NCBI RefSeq assembly: GCF_006345805.1
Contig: NC_043007.1
Span: 2,542,001 to 2,606,000, forward strand
Reading direction: 5' to 3'
DNA from: Octopus sinensis
Taxonomy: Eukaryota
DNA: 64,000 nt
In this document: positions 27,678 through 41,771 of the stretch, piece by piece
How positions within the stretch are numbered: the stretch's first letter is position 1
How the letters are laid out: each line of letters starts with the position of its first letter
Position numbers and translations under genes: made by a program
Notes under the pieces: model-generated
What the model was told of the DNA's origin: nothing
Databases searched by the model: none
Seen by the model: the letters and a program-made list of their open reading frames with translations, nothing else

Positions 27678-28167
27678 ATACATACATACATATGCGCGCG
27701 TTCATAATCTAACAAACTTATGCATAATTAATCTTTACAAGATGTCAGTCACGAACCTTTGGCCGCCCTCCATATTAAAAAATAGCTGCTCACTTTATCG
27801 TGCATAAAGTTCGAATACACCGCTCTGTGGTTGCATATCAAACGTCTTAACCTGACGGCTACAGCATAACTTTGTCCAACCGAAATGTAGAGAGAAGAAT
27901 AATTTTCGACAAAGTCTCTTTGTACGGAGGGATTAGTCGTTTTTGAGCAATACATGGTTGGTTCTTTATTTTAGCATCACAGGAATTATGTAAAATAAAG
28001 TTTGTGTCGTTAGAATTTGTATTCAAAAGTAAAAGGTCCATCAATAGACACCGCAAGTTATTTTGTCCGACGCACTAACAATTCTACCAAATTACGTCCA
28101 AAATTAGTTATTTTATTCTTTGTAATGTCGTTTATATGAAATTGCGCAGTTACAGTCGAATGATTAT

Positions 28168-28620
28168 GTTGCGTTGTCCGGAAGGTCCGTACCGATTCTT
28201 AAACGAAAGCAAAAGGTCAATAAATACCTGCCATTACATTTTTAATCAACCAAATATGAACCATTTTGTTGCACAATGCGTCTCCATCTTTACTTTAACT
28301 TGAAATACCCTCTTCCCAGAATTGAGGTGGTTTCATGGCAAAGAATTCATCAAGGTATCTTGTTACGTCATGCAAGGAATTGAAAGTTTTGCCATTATGA
28401 CTATTCTGCAGAGACCTGAATAAGTGGAAATCCGAAGGAGCAATGTCTGGTGAATATGGAGGGTAGGGTAACACATCCCACCCGAACTGCAGAATTTTTG
28501 TCTGGTTCCCAAAGAATCAAGTGCCGAAAAGGAACTTTCTTTTCTTCCATTTTAAAGGGTTACAGAATTGACACAGGTTGTAGGAACATAAACCTTCTTC
28601 CACGAAAAGATAGCAACGAT
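28168..28620 (-). mobile_element. Internally deleted mariner
   Basis: Minus: MEEKKVPFR joined to GWDVLPYPPYSPDIAPSDFHLFRSLQN..RWRRIVQQNGSYLVD*. Confidence 0.88.
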
Positions 28621-29236
28621 GCTTCAACAGGGATTTGAATACAATCATAAAGTTAATTACTGTTAATTTAATCCAACATCTCTCTAACACAACTACTAAA
28701 TAATCACATTTGTTCTTGTCAGTCTGTCGTAATTAGTTATAAATATATTTTTAAGGTCACTGCCAACACTCAGTATGTTCATATATTTTCTTTCAATGTC
28801 TATGTATTATGAATTTGTTTTATTTAATAATTCATTGGAAAAGAATTCATTTTGGAAATTGAGTTCCGTTGAATGATGTGTTTCTAACTACAGATGTAAA
28901 CGTAGATGTTGCTACCAGACTCGTTCATATTTACCATAGATTCTGTTTGCTCTGGACTGACCGGCCGATCTTTTGAAAAACTTCTTTTAAAGTCCTTTCT
29001 TTTGCTCGTTCATTTCGTGCTAACTCTATTGAATATTTACCAACGCTCAATTTTCGACTTATTCCCGATGAATGCAAATATGTGTCTAGGCAAAGCATTC
29101 ATCTTTCTCCAGACAAACTTTGCACGAAAAATATATAATATCCATTTCTCAAATTTATCCGTCTCTGAAGCAGAGCATCACCATTAACTGTCACTGAAGC
29201 AGTAATCTTCCTTCTTTCTTTCTTTTTCCTTCTTCC

Positions 29237-29267
<31 letters not shown>

Positions 29268-29641
29268 ACTTTCTTTTTATTCCAAAACAAAGATTAATTT
29301 CCTCAACTTTTTTTCTTGCACTTATACTTTTTTTCTTTTAGTGGTCTTCATCATATTTTACAATCTGATATAAAATTGTATGAAGCACGTTTTATAGCAA
29401 AAACTATGCAGATATTTATATGGGGGCTGGGGTGTACATATTTCTTTTGCTAGACTTTTGTTTGCTGGTGCGTTTGGGTGCGTTAAATGTCAGCTTTGAG
29501 CTTCTGTAACAACAGTTAATTCGGTTTGTCATTGTAATGACGTCGCTATGTTTATAGTGACCTTAAGATGCATACCAGTATACATTGGTTTATATTCACT
29601 CTTATGTAAATTATCATGTACTTCTCACCCGAGCACGTCTT

Positions 29642-29715
<74 letters not shown>

Positions 29716-29726
29716 ATATATATATC

Positions 29727-29810
<84 letters not shown>

Positions 29811-29880
29811 GTGTGTGTGCAGGGGTGTGTGTGTGTGTGTATTTATGTATGTATATATATATATATACGTATATATGTAT

Positions 29881-29975
29881 TTTTAACTTTTATATTTTAA
29901 AATTAATTATATGTATTGGCTTATGTTTTTCACTGTTTTATTTGCCTAATAGTGGTTTTATCTCTAATTTAATAT
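29881..29975 (+). repeat. Short dispersed repeat (inverse copy at 36460-36530)
   Basis: Shared gtattg..ttatgt.t.tcactgttt..ttgc.taatagtggttttatctctaatt. Confidence 0.7.
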
Positions 29976-31508
29976 AATATAACGTATATATATATATACA
30001 TGTATACATATGTGCATATATACATGTATACATATGTGTATATATACATGTATACATATGTGTATATATACATGTATATATATACATGTATATATATACA
30101 TGTATATATATATATAGAGAGAGAGAGAGACATATTTACAAATAATATATAATACACGCACAGACAAACACATAGACACACTGTCATATATATAGCTATT
30201 CACGTACTTGACATGCCTATTTGATCATTAAACCTCACACGGTTTTAAATTAGGAAAAATATGGAAAAATTACGTAAAACTTTTGAATTGAAAACAGTGA
30301 AACCAGATCCAGGTCAGTAAAATATTACTTTTGTTTCCTATACAACATAAAAGGGAAAAATAGATAAAAACATCCTTTCAATCGTTAAACTCACAAATGT
30401 ATGTAGTAAAATATTTTTCTAAACAAAAGACACGAAGCAACATGTTACTCTTTATTTTTTTCTTGCCCTGTTCCATCATTGTTACTTTATAATGTATGTT
30501 TCTAGAAATTGTATGAACTAAACTCTCTTTAAGTATACGTATGCGAACATAATTTTAGTTGAACTACGATACAAAACACTTATTCTGTGAAAACATATTT
30601 GTTATATTTTTATTTTTCATACACAAGCAGATAAAATAAAACAAAAATTATTTTCTACTTATGCTAAGAAGTAAAATATTTTTAATTACGCAATATATAT
30701 ATATATATATCTTTCGGTGGAGTTCATAACAAGTTTGACGATAATTTTTCGCCTCTCTTACTGCGAGTTGTCTTCCACGAATGTGTATCACGCTCTATGA
30801 TATTCTCAATATCTATCATGCAAATCATGCAGCATAAAATAAGGAGGTTTATGTCGTTAATTTCAAAGATTCAGCCATTTGAGAGACAGCCTCAGCTTAA
30901 TCGGACATATGACATCGATTTCTTTTTGACTAAATACGAACCTCCATTGGGAAAATTTCAAATCGTCTATATCGGACCAATATTTTTTCCAAAAAATCGT
31001 ACCATAGTTTTCCAGTGCTCTCTTCACTCTCATTGTTTATCTTAATCTTTCGTGGACAACTCACTGTATCAATAATGTATGATATATACATGTACTTTTT
31101 TATTTATTTATCTCGATCTAATCTAGACAGCATGGAATGTTCTATAATGTGGAATGATCTGACATTCGATTTTGTGGGGAAAAAAGCATGTAAGATTGTC
31201 ATTAAGGTTTTTAAACTGAAAAGCTGAGAAAGCAGCTTCCTCATCAATTACTTAAATTCTGTGAGTATTGAAAGGCAAAGAAACCAGTCACCGAAATTAT
31301 GGCATTCGTAGAATTTCAGAGATTTACAACGGAGGCTGCTTAACCCCAGGTCAGTCCTAATTCAACAAACTCTTCATTGGTAAACTGTCACAATCAGTGA
31401 CAGCCAGATCGCGATGATTAATGTTATGTTTTTCTTTTAATTATATTTATGACTACATGTCTACTTTGTAAGGTGATCGATGAAGATTTAAATGAAATTT
31501 AATGACTT

Positions 31509-32237
31509 CAGTAATCCTTCGGCTATCGCGGGCGTTACGTTCTAAAACCCCCCTACGATAGGTGAAAATCCGCGAAGTAGAATCAGTACTCTACAGTATA
31601 TTTTTTAAAATTATTCTTATAATTATATATATATTTTTTTGCTGCAGTTTCAGCTCAGAGCTGCGGCCATGCTGATGCATCGCCGTTTTGCTACACTGTT
31701 TATTACTAAGATCCTCCTTTAATATGTGGCACTTGGTGAAGAATGGAGTTGGATGTAGCTACCCTCATTTGCACCTCTTGCCGTGAGGTAGGTTCACCTG
31801 GGACTCTCGACAGGAAGATGTCCAGCTTTGATTTTAAAACGCCTACATCTACTTTTTGCAGGTTCTTTAGGCTCTTTTGGTGAAACCCAGGCTGTTGCAG
31901 TAGCTGGTCCTGAAATGCGATGGCGTTGCTGGAATCTTTGGCACTATGCAGTGTCGTCCCGTTCTGGCATTGGTGTAGCTTTCAATGCTAAAATTTGGCA
32001 CAATTCCTTCCAGTATATTCCAGATGTATATTACTGCATACCTCTCCAGTCTCCTCTCCAAAGAGTAGAGTCTTAGTTGCATGTGTTTTATTATAAAAGC
32101 AAAACAACATCGCGGAGGAATCGACGTAAGCTTCAATAATAAACCGCGATAGGTGAACCGCGATAGGTGAACCGTGATAGGTGAACCGTGATAGGTGAAC
32201 CGTGATAGGTGAACGGCGATATTGTGCGGAGTTACTG
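31509..32237. mobile_element. Tigger/pogo-like non-autonomous DNA transposon with nested LINE piece
   Basis: Ends cagtaatccttcggctatcgcgg and ggcgatattgtgcggagttactg|ta; five 14-bp aaccgYgataggtg repeats at 32142-32211. Confidence 0.7.
31634..32085 (-). mobile_element. CR1-group LINE 3' fragment
   Basis: LRLYSLERRLERYAVIYIWNILEGIVPN; 3' end cagcatggccgcagctctgagctgaaac followed by an A-run. Confidence 0.85.
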
Positions 32238-33370
32238 TATTTCTAACTGGGCAAGTGACTACATAGAGGGCTTATCGGTGACCATATATAATATTATTGT
32301 AATTGTCACCAAAACGGAAATTAAGAAGGTTGTATTAGTAGAGTGTAGAAAACATTTAGCAGTATAGAGTGTTTCTTGGAGGTAACTATATAAAAATTAA
32401 CTGGCAATAAAAAAATATTTAGAAACAAATTGCGTAATCACTAGAATGTTACAGAGAAATGAAATGAAATAAATATAAATTTAGAATTTAATGTGGGAAG
32501 GTTAAAATGAAGCAATATAATGATGGTATTTTATTGCACTATCTTTAAAACAAATTCATCCAGGGTCTTGAAATTAATGTACGGTTCAAGACTGTTCTTT
32601 GCGTTCTTCAACTCAACTATTCCCACACATTATTTTCATTCTATGTAATTTCAAAATTTATCAGGCCATTATAAATGCGAAGGGGTCTCTTCACTTTCAA
32701 TTACTGTTATTTGTTTTCGTTTGCCATTTCACAAAATATTACTCATTTTACCACATTTTTTTTTTCGCAATTCAAATCTTAATATTATAAATATCACAGC
32801 AATTCACGTAGCTGTTGTAGAATTTCTTTTTTCAAAACAACCACCTTCTGTTACCAATTAAATTCCAATATTATTAAATGAATAGGTTGAAATAGAGGTG
32901 GACTTTTCGTGGCAGTTTAGAATGTAAATTTCAGTGGAAGCGTCCGACTTGAAATTCAGTTTCAAATGTGACACCCGTTCCCTCAAATGTGCTCTTATCA
33001 GAAGGTTTATAGTTTACTGCTACTACAAATATTAATTATAATTGTTACTGATGCAAATACAACCAATTAAATTTGCCAGAGAGTTCTGTGGCTGAATGAG
33101 ACTCAGTTGTTGACACGAAACTACATTACCTATCCCTCAGAGATGAAAGAGTTTCTTGGCGGTATTTGTAATTAGAACACTTACATATGTACATGTATAA
33201 GTATATATGCATCTCTCTCTATGTATATCTGTGTATATATGAATACCCCCCCCCCACACACACACACATGCACACACACATATAAATAAGAATGAAATTG
33301 GTCGTCGTGTTAAAGGTCTAGAGAATACTGTTTGGGAAGGTTACGGCAATGGTGCTGTAATATACATATA

Positions 33371-33415
<45 letters not shown>

Positions 33416-33454
33416 ATGTGTGTATGTGTGTGTGTGTGTGTGTGTGTGTTTGTA

Positions 33455-33700
33455 AATATATGTATATGTGGTAAGTAGATTGCTTACCGACCACCTAGTT
33501 TCGGGTTCAGTCCCACTGCATGGCACCTTGGGCAAGTGTCTGCTACTATAGCCGTTTTTACGTCCTGATTTCGCATTCAACAGAAATCGACCTTGTCTTT
33601 CATTCTTCCGGGGTCGAAAAAATACCAGCTGAGCATTGAGGTGAATGTAATCAACTTATCTCTTCACCTGAAATTACTGGCCTTGTGGCAAAATTTGTGA
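33455..33700 (+). mobile_element. SINE A 5' part adjoining a decayed SINE B core
   Basis: gggttcagtcccactgcatggcaccttgggcaagtg then gtctttcattcttccggggtcgaaa. Confidence 0.7.
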
Positions 33701-34481
33701 TTGATGGATTTTGTACAGGTTTAATCTTTCGTCTTGAACCCCAGATTTCATTTCATATATTTCAGGGTTGCTTTATTCGCGCTTTTCGACAGATCAACTT
33801 CGACGAAACAGGCATTTACTGAAAGACATCCCTAATCTCGTGAAACTCTTTCCCCCCTTACTTATAAGAACATTACTCACCGTATCATTCCTTTACAATG
33901 ACAGAGTGTGATCTGAAGGAAATTGCACAGGTATTTCAAGCAGATCAAGGGACTAAGAAGATGCTCCTGCATCGAGCCAGAATCAATCCGTCTTTAACAT
34001 TACAAAGAAATACGGATTAAGAAACAAACCAACGTTTTATAATTAATCTCAAAATTTCCTATACTACAGAGACGAAATTACCAATGATAATTTTATTTCT
34101 AAGTAATATCTTGTTCTCAGTCTAAGATTAAAAGTAAAAGAAACTAAAAGCATCAGCCAAATGTTGCCTAATACAACTTCATATTCCCAAGATTATTTCT
34201 GTGGCGTCAGTGGTAGAGGATTAGATAATTACATCCCAAATAAAACGGGAATTAAAATAGAATTTATAGATAGAAAATGAAAGAGAATACACACACACAC
34301 TCATATATAAACACACACACACATACATATATACGTATATATACATATACGTATACATACATATATATATATATATTATATATTAAATATATGTATATAT
34401 ACTATATATATATATATATATACGTACATATATATATATTTGTGTATATATGTATATATTATATATGTATACATGTATCTA

Positions 34482-34531
<50 letters not shown>

Positions 34532-35537
34532 TTTACATATATACATACATGTATTTGCATACATTTACGTATACATACATATGCATAGATATATAGTTAT
34601 ATAGACGCATACCATGCGTGTACGTCGAAAAAGTTTGCTTCGCACTCACGTGCTTTGAGTTTCAGCGTTAGTGCGGTGAACTTTGACCAATTGCCGTGCA
34701 CGCAAGCAGGCAGTGATGCTTATCATATTTGTTTGTGTATTCGTCCTGATTGATTTATTTCTGATTTGGATTATAGATACATCTGTTATCTAGCAGTTCG
34801 GCAAAAGATAACGATGGAATATTTTCGTAACTGAAAGCAAGCACTGCAGTCGGTTTGTATGCATTAAAGCAACGACTATAGAATTAGCTCAGGGCAATAA
34901 GTGGAAAAAGTACAAGAATACCAGAATACCTGTTTGTGTGTGTGTGTCTGTGTGTGTGTGTGTGTGTGGGTGGGTGGGTGTACGTCGTGTATGTGTTTGT
35001 GTATGCGTGTGCGTGTGCCTGTGTGTGTGTGTGTGGGTGTGTGTGGGTGTCGTGTGTGTGTTTGTGTATGCGTGTGCGTGTGCCTGTGTGTGTGTGAGAG
35101 AGAGAGAGTGTGTGTCTCACTCCAGAACGGCCATCATTTCAATTACATCCCGTAATTTACCAGTTCGGCAACAGGATATCATTTGCATAAGTATCAAACA
35201 CAAAATAAATACTAAAGTAGATATGATTGACGAAATCGTACAAGGCATTGCTCCAGCAAACTCTCATTCAGTGGCTGAATCCAGAACGAAAGAATAAAAG
35301 ATTAAGTATTCTTTAAATCAAGCCTTACTTTCTTAATTATAAAAATATATTTATCAACTACATGACTCCTAATACACGATAGTACAAGAGGTTCCTTTGA
35401 ATACAATTTATTGTATTGACAAAAGACCAGTAGAAAAGCTGATGTCAAGGTTGTAAAGACTGGATGGCTGAATAGCCTTGTCTCTAATGGATGAAGTACA
35501 ATTTTTACCATTTAAACTTCGTTTCGAGTAAAGTGTA

Positions 35538-35828
35538 TGTTCCTTCTCCAGCCACGCCTTGCTCATAAGGGCCAGTTTTCCGGTTACCTTGCATATAGGC
35601 TTCCCACCTGGACGGGACGCCGGTCCGTCGCAGGTGAGCTGCAAGATGCAGGAGGAAAGAGTGAGAGAAAGTTGTGACGAAAGAGTCAGCAGAAGTACGC
35701 CATTACCGGAGCCGCATGGAGCTTAGGTATTTCGCTCATAAACACAAACAAATCGCCCAGTCTGAGATTCAAACCCGCGCTCCCTCGACCGCGACTCCGC
35801 TGCTCTAACCACTAGGCCATGTCCCTCC
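35538..35828 (-). mobile_element. tRNA-derived SINE family C, tail type 1
   Basis: Head tggcctagtggttagagcagcgg..ggtttgaatctc shared with the 52829 and 56829 copies. Confidence 0.85.
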
Positions 35829-36294
35829 ACGACTAAAGTGTATAGTAGGAACTAATATTATATATATATATTTTTTTTTTCAGAATAAATGAAGAGCTGA
35901 TTCACACCCAAATGGCAAAAGAGTGTTACCTATAGGAAAAAAAATCCGAGTTAGATATTAAAGGAAGACATTTTACTTTGTATGAGGAATTTCAGAAAGT
36001 CTGCTAAAAAAAATATCAGACACCGAAATTAAAATCAATTTCTCGAAATCAAAGTTTTCTTATTTACCAATTAGAAAAAAATGGCTTCAGTGATTATATA
36101 ACATAATTACATTAATTAACAGCTAATTGATATTTCTTAAAATACATGGGAAAATAAATTACGTTATGCTTCTATTTAAATATATCAAAAGGTTTTAATT
36201 TTTGATCGTAAATTATTAGACTGTCACGTTCTGAAGATATTCTTTACCGTTTAGCACCTTCAAGTATTATTAGATACGCTGTAATCAGAATCTA

Positions 36295-36452
<158 letters not shown>

Positions 36453-36625
36453 TATATAAAATATGAATTAGAGATAAAACCACTATTATGCAACTCAAAC
36501 AGTGATAGACATAAATCAATACAAAAATAACAAATATTATCTATATATAATATATATATATATATATAATATTTTTGGTTTTGTATATATAACTTATAAC
36601 TAGATCTCAAAAAGTATAAAATGAA

Positions 36626-36661
<36 letters not shown>

Positions 36662-37099
36662 TCACGCACAACTGTCAGGTAGACATAAAGTTTGTGGATA
36701 ATTTAGAAACGCAAATTTCTTTGAATCTCCATAAATAAAATTTGAGTGTTGTAAAAGAGTTTCGAGTAAAAAAAAATTGTCGAAGACTTACATCCTAACT
36801 TTGTATTGCATGTGTAAGTTCCCTTGCACTATCAGAATATTAGTAGAAGTTTGTATGAAAGTATTACACAAAAGATACACTGAACGGTAAAATTATTACT
36901 CAATATAAGTTTCCCAGACACAAAAAAATGGAAAAAATGTAATTACAGCGTCCAAGGAATTCTTGCGAATTGAAAAGCTGTAAATTCGAACATTGCAAAC
37001 GTTATTAAGTTTTCTTCTGTTTCTTCATTTTTAATTTCTTTTTCCTTCATGAAATAAAATACATTTAGACATTATTCATTATAAGGTCTATGTTATATA

Positions 37100-37240
37100 C
37101 TCTTTTACTATTTTACTCTTTTACTCGTCTCAGTCATTTGACTGCGGCCATGCTGGAGTACTGCCTTTATTCGAGCAAATCGACCCCAGGACTTATTCTT
37201 TGTAAGCCTAGCAGTTATTCTATCGGTCTCTTTTGCAGAA
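37100..37240 (-). mobile_element. SINE A 3' fragment
   Basis: cagtcatttgactgcggccatgctggag..cttattctttgtaagcc. Confidence 0.85.
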
Positions 37241-37372
37241 CACCTGAGTGCTCATATGTCGTTCTCGCGGGAGAATCTTTCATGCATGGAGAGATCCTCG
37301 ATGCACAACAGGAGTCTGTAGTGAGTAGGATGGTATTTCGAACGAAAAAAAAGCGAATAAAATACAAACATA

Positions 37373-37536
37373 GGCACAGGAGTGGCTGTCAGGTAAGTAG
37401 CTTGCTTACCAACCAAATGGTTCCGGGCTCAGTCCAACTGCGTGGCACCTTGGGCAAGTGTATTCTACTATAGCCTCGGACCGACCAACACCTTGTGAGT
37501 GAATTTGGTAAACGGAAGCTGAAAGAAACCCCTCGT

Positions 37537-37615
<79 letters not shown>

Positions 37616-37865
37616 ATTTGTATGTGTATATATATCTATGTGTGAGTGTCTTTGTGCTTCTATTTGTTCCCCTCATCACCGCATGGCAATTGGTTTTGGT
37701 CTTGCTTAGGTCCTCGTAACTTAGCATTTCAGCAAAAGAAATCGATAGAATAAATACAAGGCTATAAAATTCTGGCGTCGATTTGTTTCGACTAAAACCC
37801 TTCAATGCAGTGCTCTAGCATGGCCGCAGTCAAGTGACTTAAGCACATTTAAGAATAAAAGAATA
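37373..37865 (+). mobile_element. SINE A, full length, diverged
   Basis: Colinear with 46835-47246 including the internal microsatellite. Confidence 0.88.
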
Positions 37866-38132
37866 CACGAAGAAAGAACAGCCTACAATGACGCTTAATA
37901 CACCATTCTACTCCTATAAAAGAATACGTAACTGTTAGGGCAGAAGCAGCCCCTAATTTTCTGTAGTCTTTATAGAATGACATAATTATCCTAAATGGTC
38001 TTCTTCAGACTCTTAAATAAACGACCGGTTGTTACTGATGTCTATTTTGTTGACATCCGATCAATGAAGAGCAGAACCTGCCTCAAGTATATCTTAAATT
38101 ATGTTACAGCATTTACTTCATTATTGCGCACA

Positions 38133-38311
38133 ATGGGCTAAACATAGAAGGGACAAACAAAGACAGACAAACGGATTAAGTCGATTACATCGACTCCAGT
38201 GCGAAACTGGTACTTTATTTATCGACCCCGAAAGGATGAATGAACGTAACGGCAGACGAAATACGGCTACACATTTCGCCGGGCGTGTGAACGTTTCTGC
38301 CAGCTCGCCGT
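38133..38311 (-). mobile_element. SINE B with internal deletion
   Basis: Reverse complement of 11941-12171 lacking the B-box segment. Confidence 0.85.
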
Positions 38312-38837
38312 CTTCAAATTGTGTTAAAGTATTCAAGTAAAGTTTCTACTCTCGTAAAATATCCGGTATTCTTTGTATACTAATTAACTTGTATTATGTC
38401 AGTTCTATGAAAATTGTTAAACTGATTGAAAGGACATCTCATTAAACAGAAATTAGATAAACTTTATATTCATTTTGGTTTGGCATAAATACTTTTACAA
38501 CGAGGTAGTTTAATTAATGTTTTGATAAATTTCGTAATACGAATTATTATATTTCTTGTACAAGTGCTAAGTAATTAATTAATGACAATGTTGTCGTGTG
38601 TCTGATTAGGAAGCGGAAAAACCTGACTCACTTATTTCATTGTTGCACGGTCACTGACCAAATCACTTAAACTAATAGACTTTCACGTTACTCAGTGCAA
38701 ATCTAAGAGTTTTCTCTTCTGTTGATGGCTAATAGACACAATTTAATTGTCGCCAAAACTGTTCCATCTCCCCTCACCAAAAGAGTTCATGACTTTACAA
38801 TCAAAAGCCACGACAGACATATTTGTAGAGATATATA

Positions 38838-39088
38838 TAGGAGCACTCCGTCAGTGGCGACGACGAGGGTCCCAGCTGATACAATCAACGGAACAGCCTG
38901 CTCGTGAAATCAACGTGCAAGTGGTTGAGCACTCCACAGACACGTGTACCCTTATTGTAGTTCTCAGGGAGATTCAGCGTGATACAGTGTGACAAGGCTG
39001 GCCCTTTGAAACACAGGTACTACTCATTTTAGCCAGCTGAGTGGACTGGAGCAAGGTGAAATAAAGTGTCTTGCTCAAGGTCACAAGG
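38838..39088 (-). mobile_element. SINE with CORE-like body and tail type 2
   Basis: 38838-39020 matches 56448-56632; the upstream part on minus is ccttgagcaagacactttatttcac instead of the family C body. Confidence 0.8.
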
Positions 39089-39194
39089 ATACATATGTAT
39101 ATATTTTATATTTATATATATATAATATATTATATATATAATATATATATATATAATATATATATATATATTATAGAGAGAGAGACACACAAAT

Positions 39195-39225
<31 letters not shown>

Positions 39226-40846
39226 ACCGTGCGATGTCAGTGGGTCTTTTGACTTATTGACTTGCACCCTTGCGGCAGATCGGTCATGTTTCTTTCTCGG
39301 GAAGAATACTGAAGAACTGTCGTCATATGAATTCCAGTATATTTGAGATGAATTCTCTCATTTTCAGATGAACTGGGCGACAACTCTGGCACTACTCAGT
39401 ACGTCGACCTAAAGGTTTTCATATTACCGAAGGAGAAAATTTGATGGTTCTACTTCCGGAATCAGAATATTTTCGTTGCCGACTTGCATGTCTAGTCAAG
39501 TGCTTCCTATTTTGTGGCGCACTGATTATTGATGCTTTGAAATCTCGCAGAAGAGCAGTTTTATGTCTTTGACTGCAAGGGGTGAAGGCAGTGCCGCCAA
39601 CCAAAATTAAATTTTGACCAAAAAGTTCGGATAACTTTAGAGTTCTTATTGAATATACACACACAGATATGCATATACAATCTGCTTCTTTTTGTTTTCA
39701 GTTACCAGATCCTCTCACAAAGCATTGGTCGATGCGAAGACACTTGCCCAAGATGTCACGCAATACGACTGAAAAGAAGCCCTATACTTAATTTACTTAG
39801 TCTCCCCCGTATATTTGAAACGTATTTTCCCCAACACTACATTGCATGTCACTATTTACGTCTTATTTCGAACGTCGTCTGCAATACATTTTTGCATGTT
39901 TAACTTAGCCTTGCCGGATTCTTCTTATTCTTCCTCTTCTATTTCTTCTTACAATAATTCTTATTATTATCATTATTGATATTGTTATTGTTATTATATT
40001 TTGCTTATAGCATTATTTTCACATCGTATTGTTCTTTCACTAAAAAAAAAAAACGACTAGAGTGCATTTCCTTCGCCTTGGAAATACTCACCGTAATATG
40101 TCGCATATTCCATAAATACTTGAGAAAGCAAGGTAGTTCTATGGACCTTTTCGTAGGAAATTATGTTTCGAAGAAAAATCAGTAAAAAGAATATAATAAA
40201 AGGTTAATGTTTTGAAAGGAGGAAATTACGTTGATTTCTAATAATCTTGTTGAAGTTTAGGAAAGAGTTATCACGCAATTTCTTCAGTTATATCACACGC
40301 AAACGTTTCTCTATTATAATAATATATTAACCAGTCATTGAAAAGTTTTGATCTGACTGGCAAGAGTTTATCCATTACAAAATATATCACGCAAAACGTT
40401 AGTTACTATAATTATTTTCCAGTAGTCCTAAGTCTATTGCATCCTTCAACTGCACAAGTGATCACAGCTCTGTTCAGTTTGGGTAAGGGCGGTGTTTTGG
40501 TTGGGTTTTAACTTCGCTATTCTGTTGAAAGAAACTTCAAATATATGAGCAGTGCCTCGCGGTGTCTCAATTGTTTATGACAATTTACAAGCAATTTATT
40601 TGTATAGTGATTTTTTTTTTCTGTTTACAATCTTTAAGTTCCAGTCGTCTTTCTTTCCGGATTATATATTTAGAGGAACCGTTTCAAATAATTTACATAA
40701 ATTCTCGCGATTGATGCATTGATTAGTCTGTACGTCTATTCCTGGTTGTCTTTGAAAAGTTAATTCTTCGGATTACTCTCAAGCCCTCTCTATTTTTATG
40801 GATTAACATATCACAAAATATGCTCTTTTTTCATAGCGTGCGAGAA

Positions 40847-41180
40847 TCTATATTATAAAATCCGTTCTGTCTGTGTGTGTGTGTATCTTCTAGGATCTCG
40901 GGCATCCTCCATCCGATTGCGCTCAAATTTCATATGTAGATACCGACGATATCAGGGCGAGTATAAATCTTGCATAAATTACAAAAATCGACTTCAGGTT
41001 AGAATACGATCGATAAAGCTGTGGGAACGTGCATTTGTACGCGCAAGTACATCAGCTGTTGCGATCGATACTACGCGTACGCGAGAAAAATACACGTGCA
41101 GTTTGCGCAAAAAAAAGCCGGCTGGCTTGAAATAATGCCACAAAATGAGACGGTCGGACAAGTCGTTTTGAGAAAATTTG
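40847..41180 (+). mobile_element. Non-autonomous Helitron-like 5' end
   Basis: A|TCTATATTATAAAA, ctgtctgtgtg, ccgattgcgctcaaatttcatatg; same layout as the element at 41772; no 3' end found. Confidence 0.55.
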
Positions 41181-41605
41181 GTTTAAACGTTTGACAACTC
41201 AGCACCGTCCATTGGATGGGGGCGTGTTTTGCTCGTAGTAGTAGTATATGATTGAACCACCTTTTCTCTGTTGGCAATAAAATATAGCTCAATTTCCAGC
41301 GTTTGAATGCCTAAGCTCCATCTAATCTGGTTGTCTATGCCTTCATTTTTGTCTACATCTTCACTTCTGGTTAAGACTGGGCAGCGAGAGGCAAGGGAGT
41401 TGAAATTGTTACGTTTTAAACTGAATATCTTCTGCAGATACAGATAATTGATATGCTTGCATCGTTGCAGGTTTTCCCTGGCGAAGCTTTGGTTATGGAT
41501 CGCTATCAGCCTCAGCCTTGACTCACACACTTTTCAGGAATTGCTGTGTGACAATATTCTTTTCAGAGACTTGATTTGTTCGATAGAATGACCATATGAA
41601 AACTA

Positions 41606-41650
<45 letters not shown>

Positions 41651-41771
41651 ATATAAATGAAAGGATGGAGTCGAACGAATATTTTAACAAAATTCCTTTA
41701 CTCTCGACACATATTAGGATAATTCATTCACCTACTTAAATATATATATATATAAATATATATATATATTA

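Noticed and set aside
32142-32211. CRISPR-like short repeats
   Set aside because: Contiguous 14-bp tandem units without spacers, inside a transposon end in a eukaryotic genome
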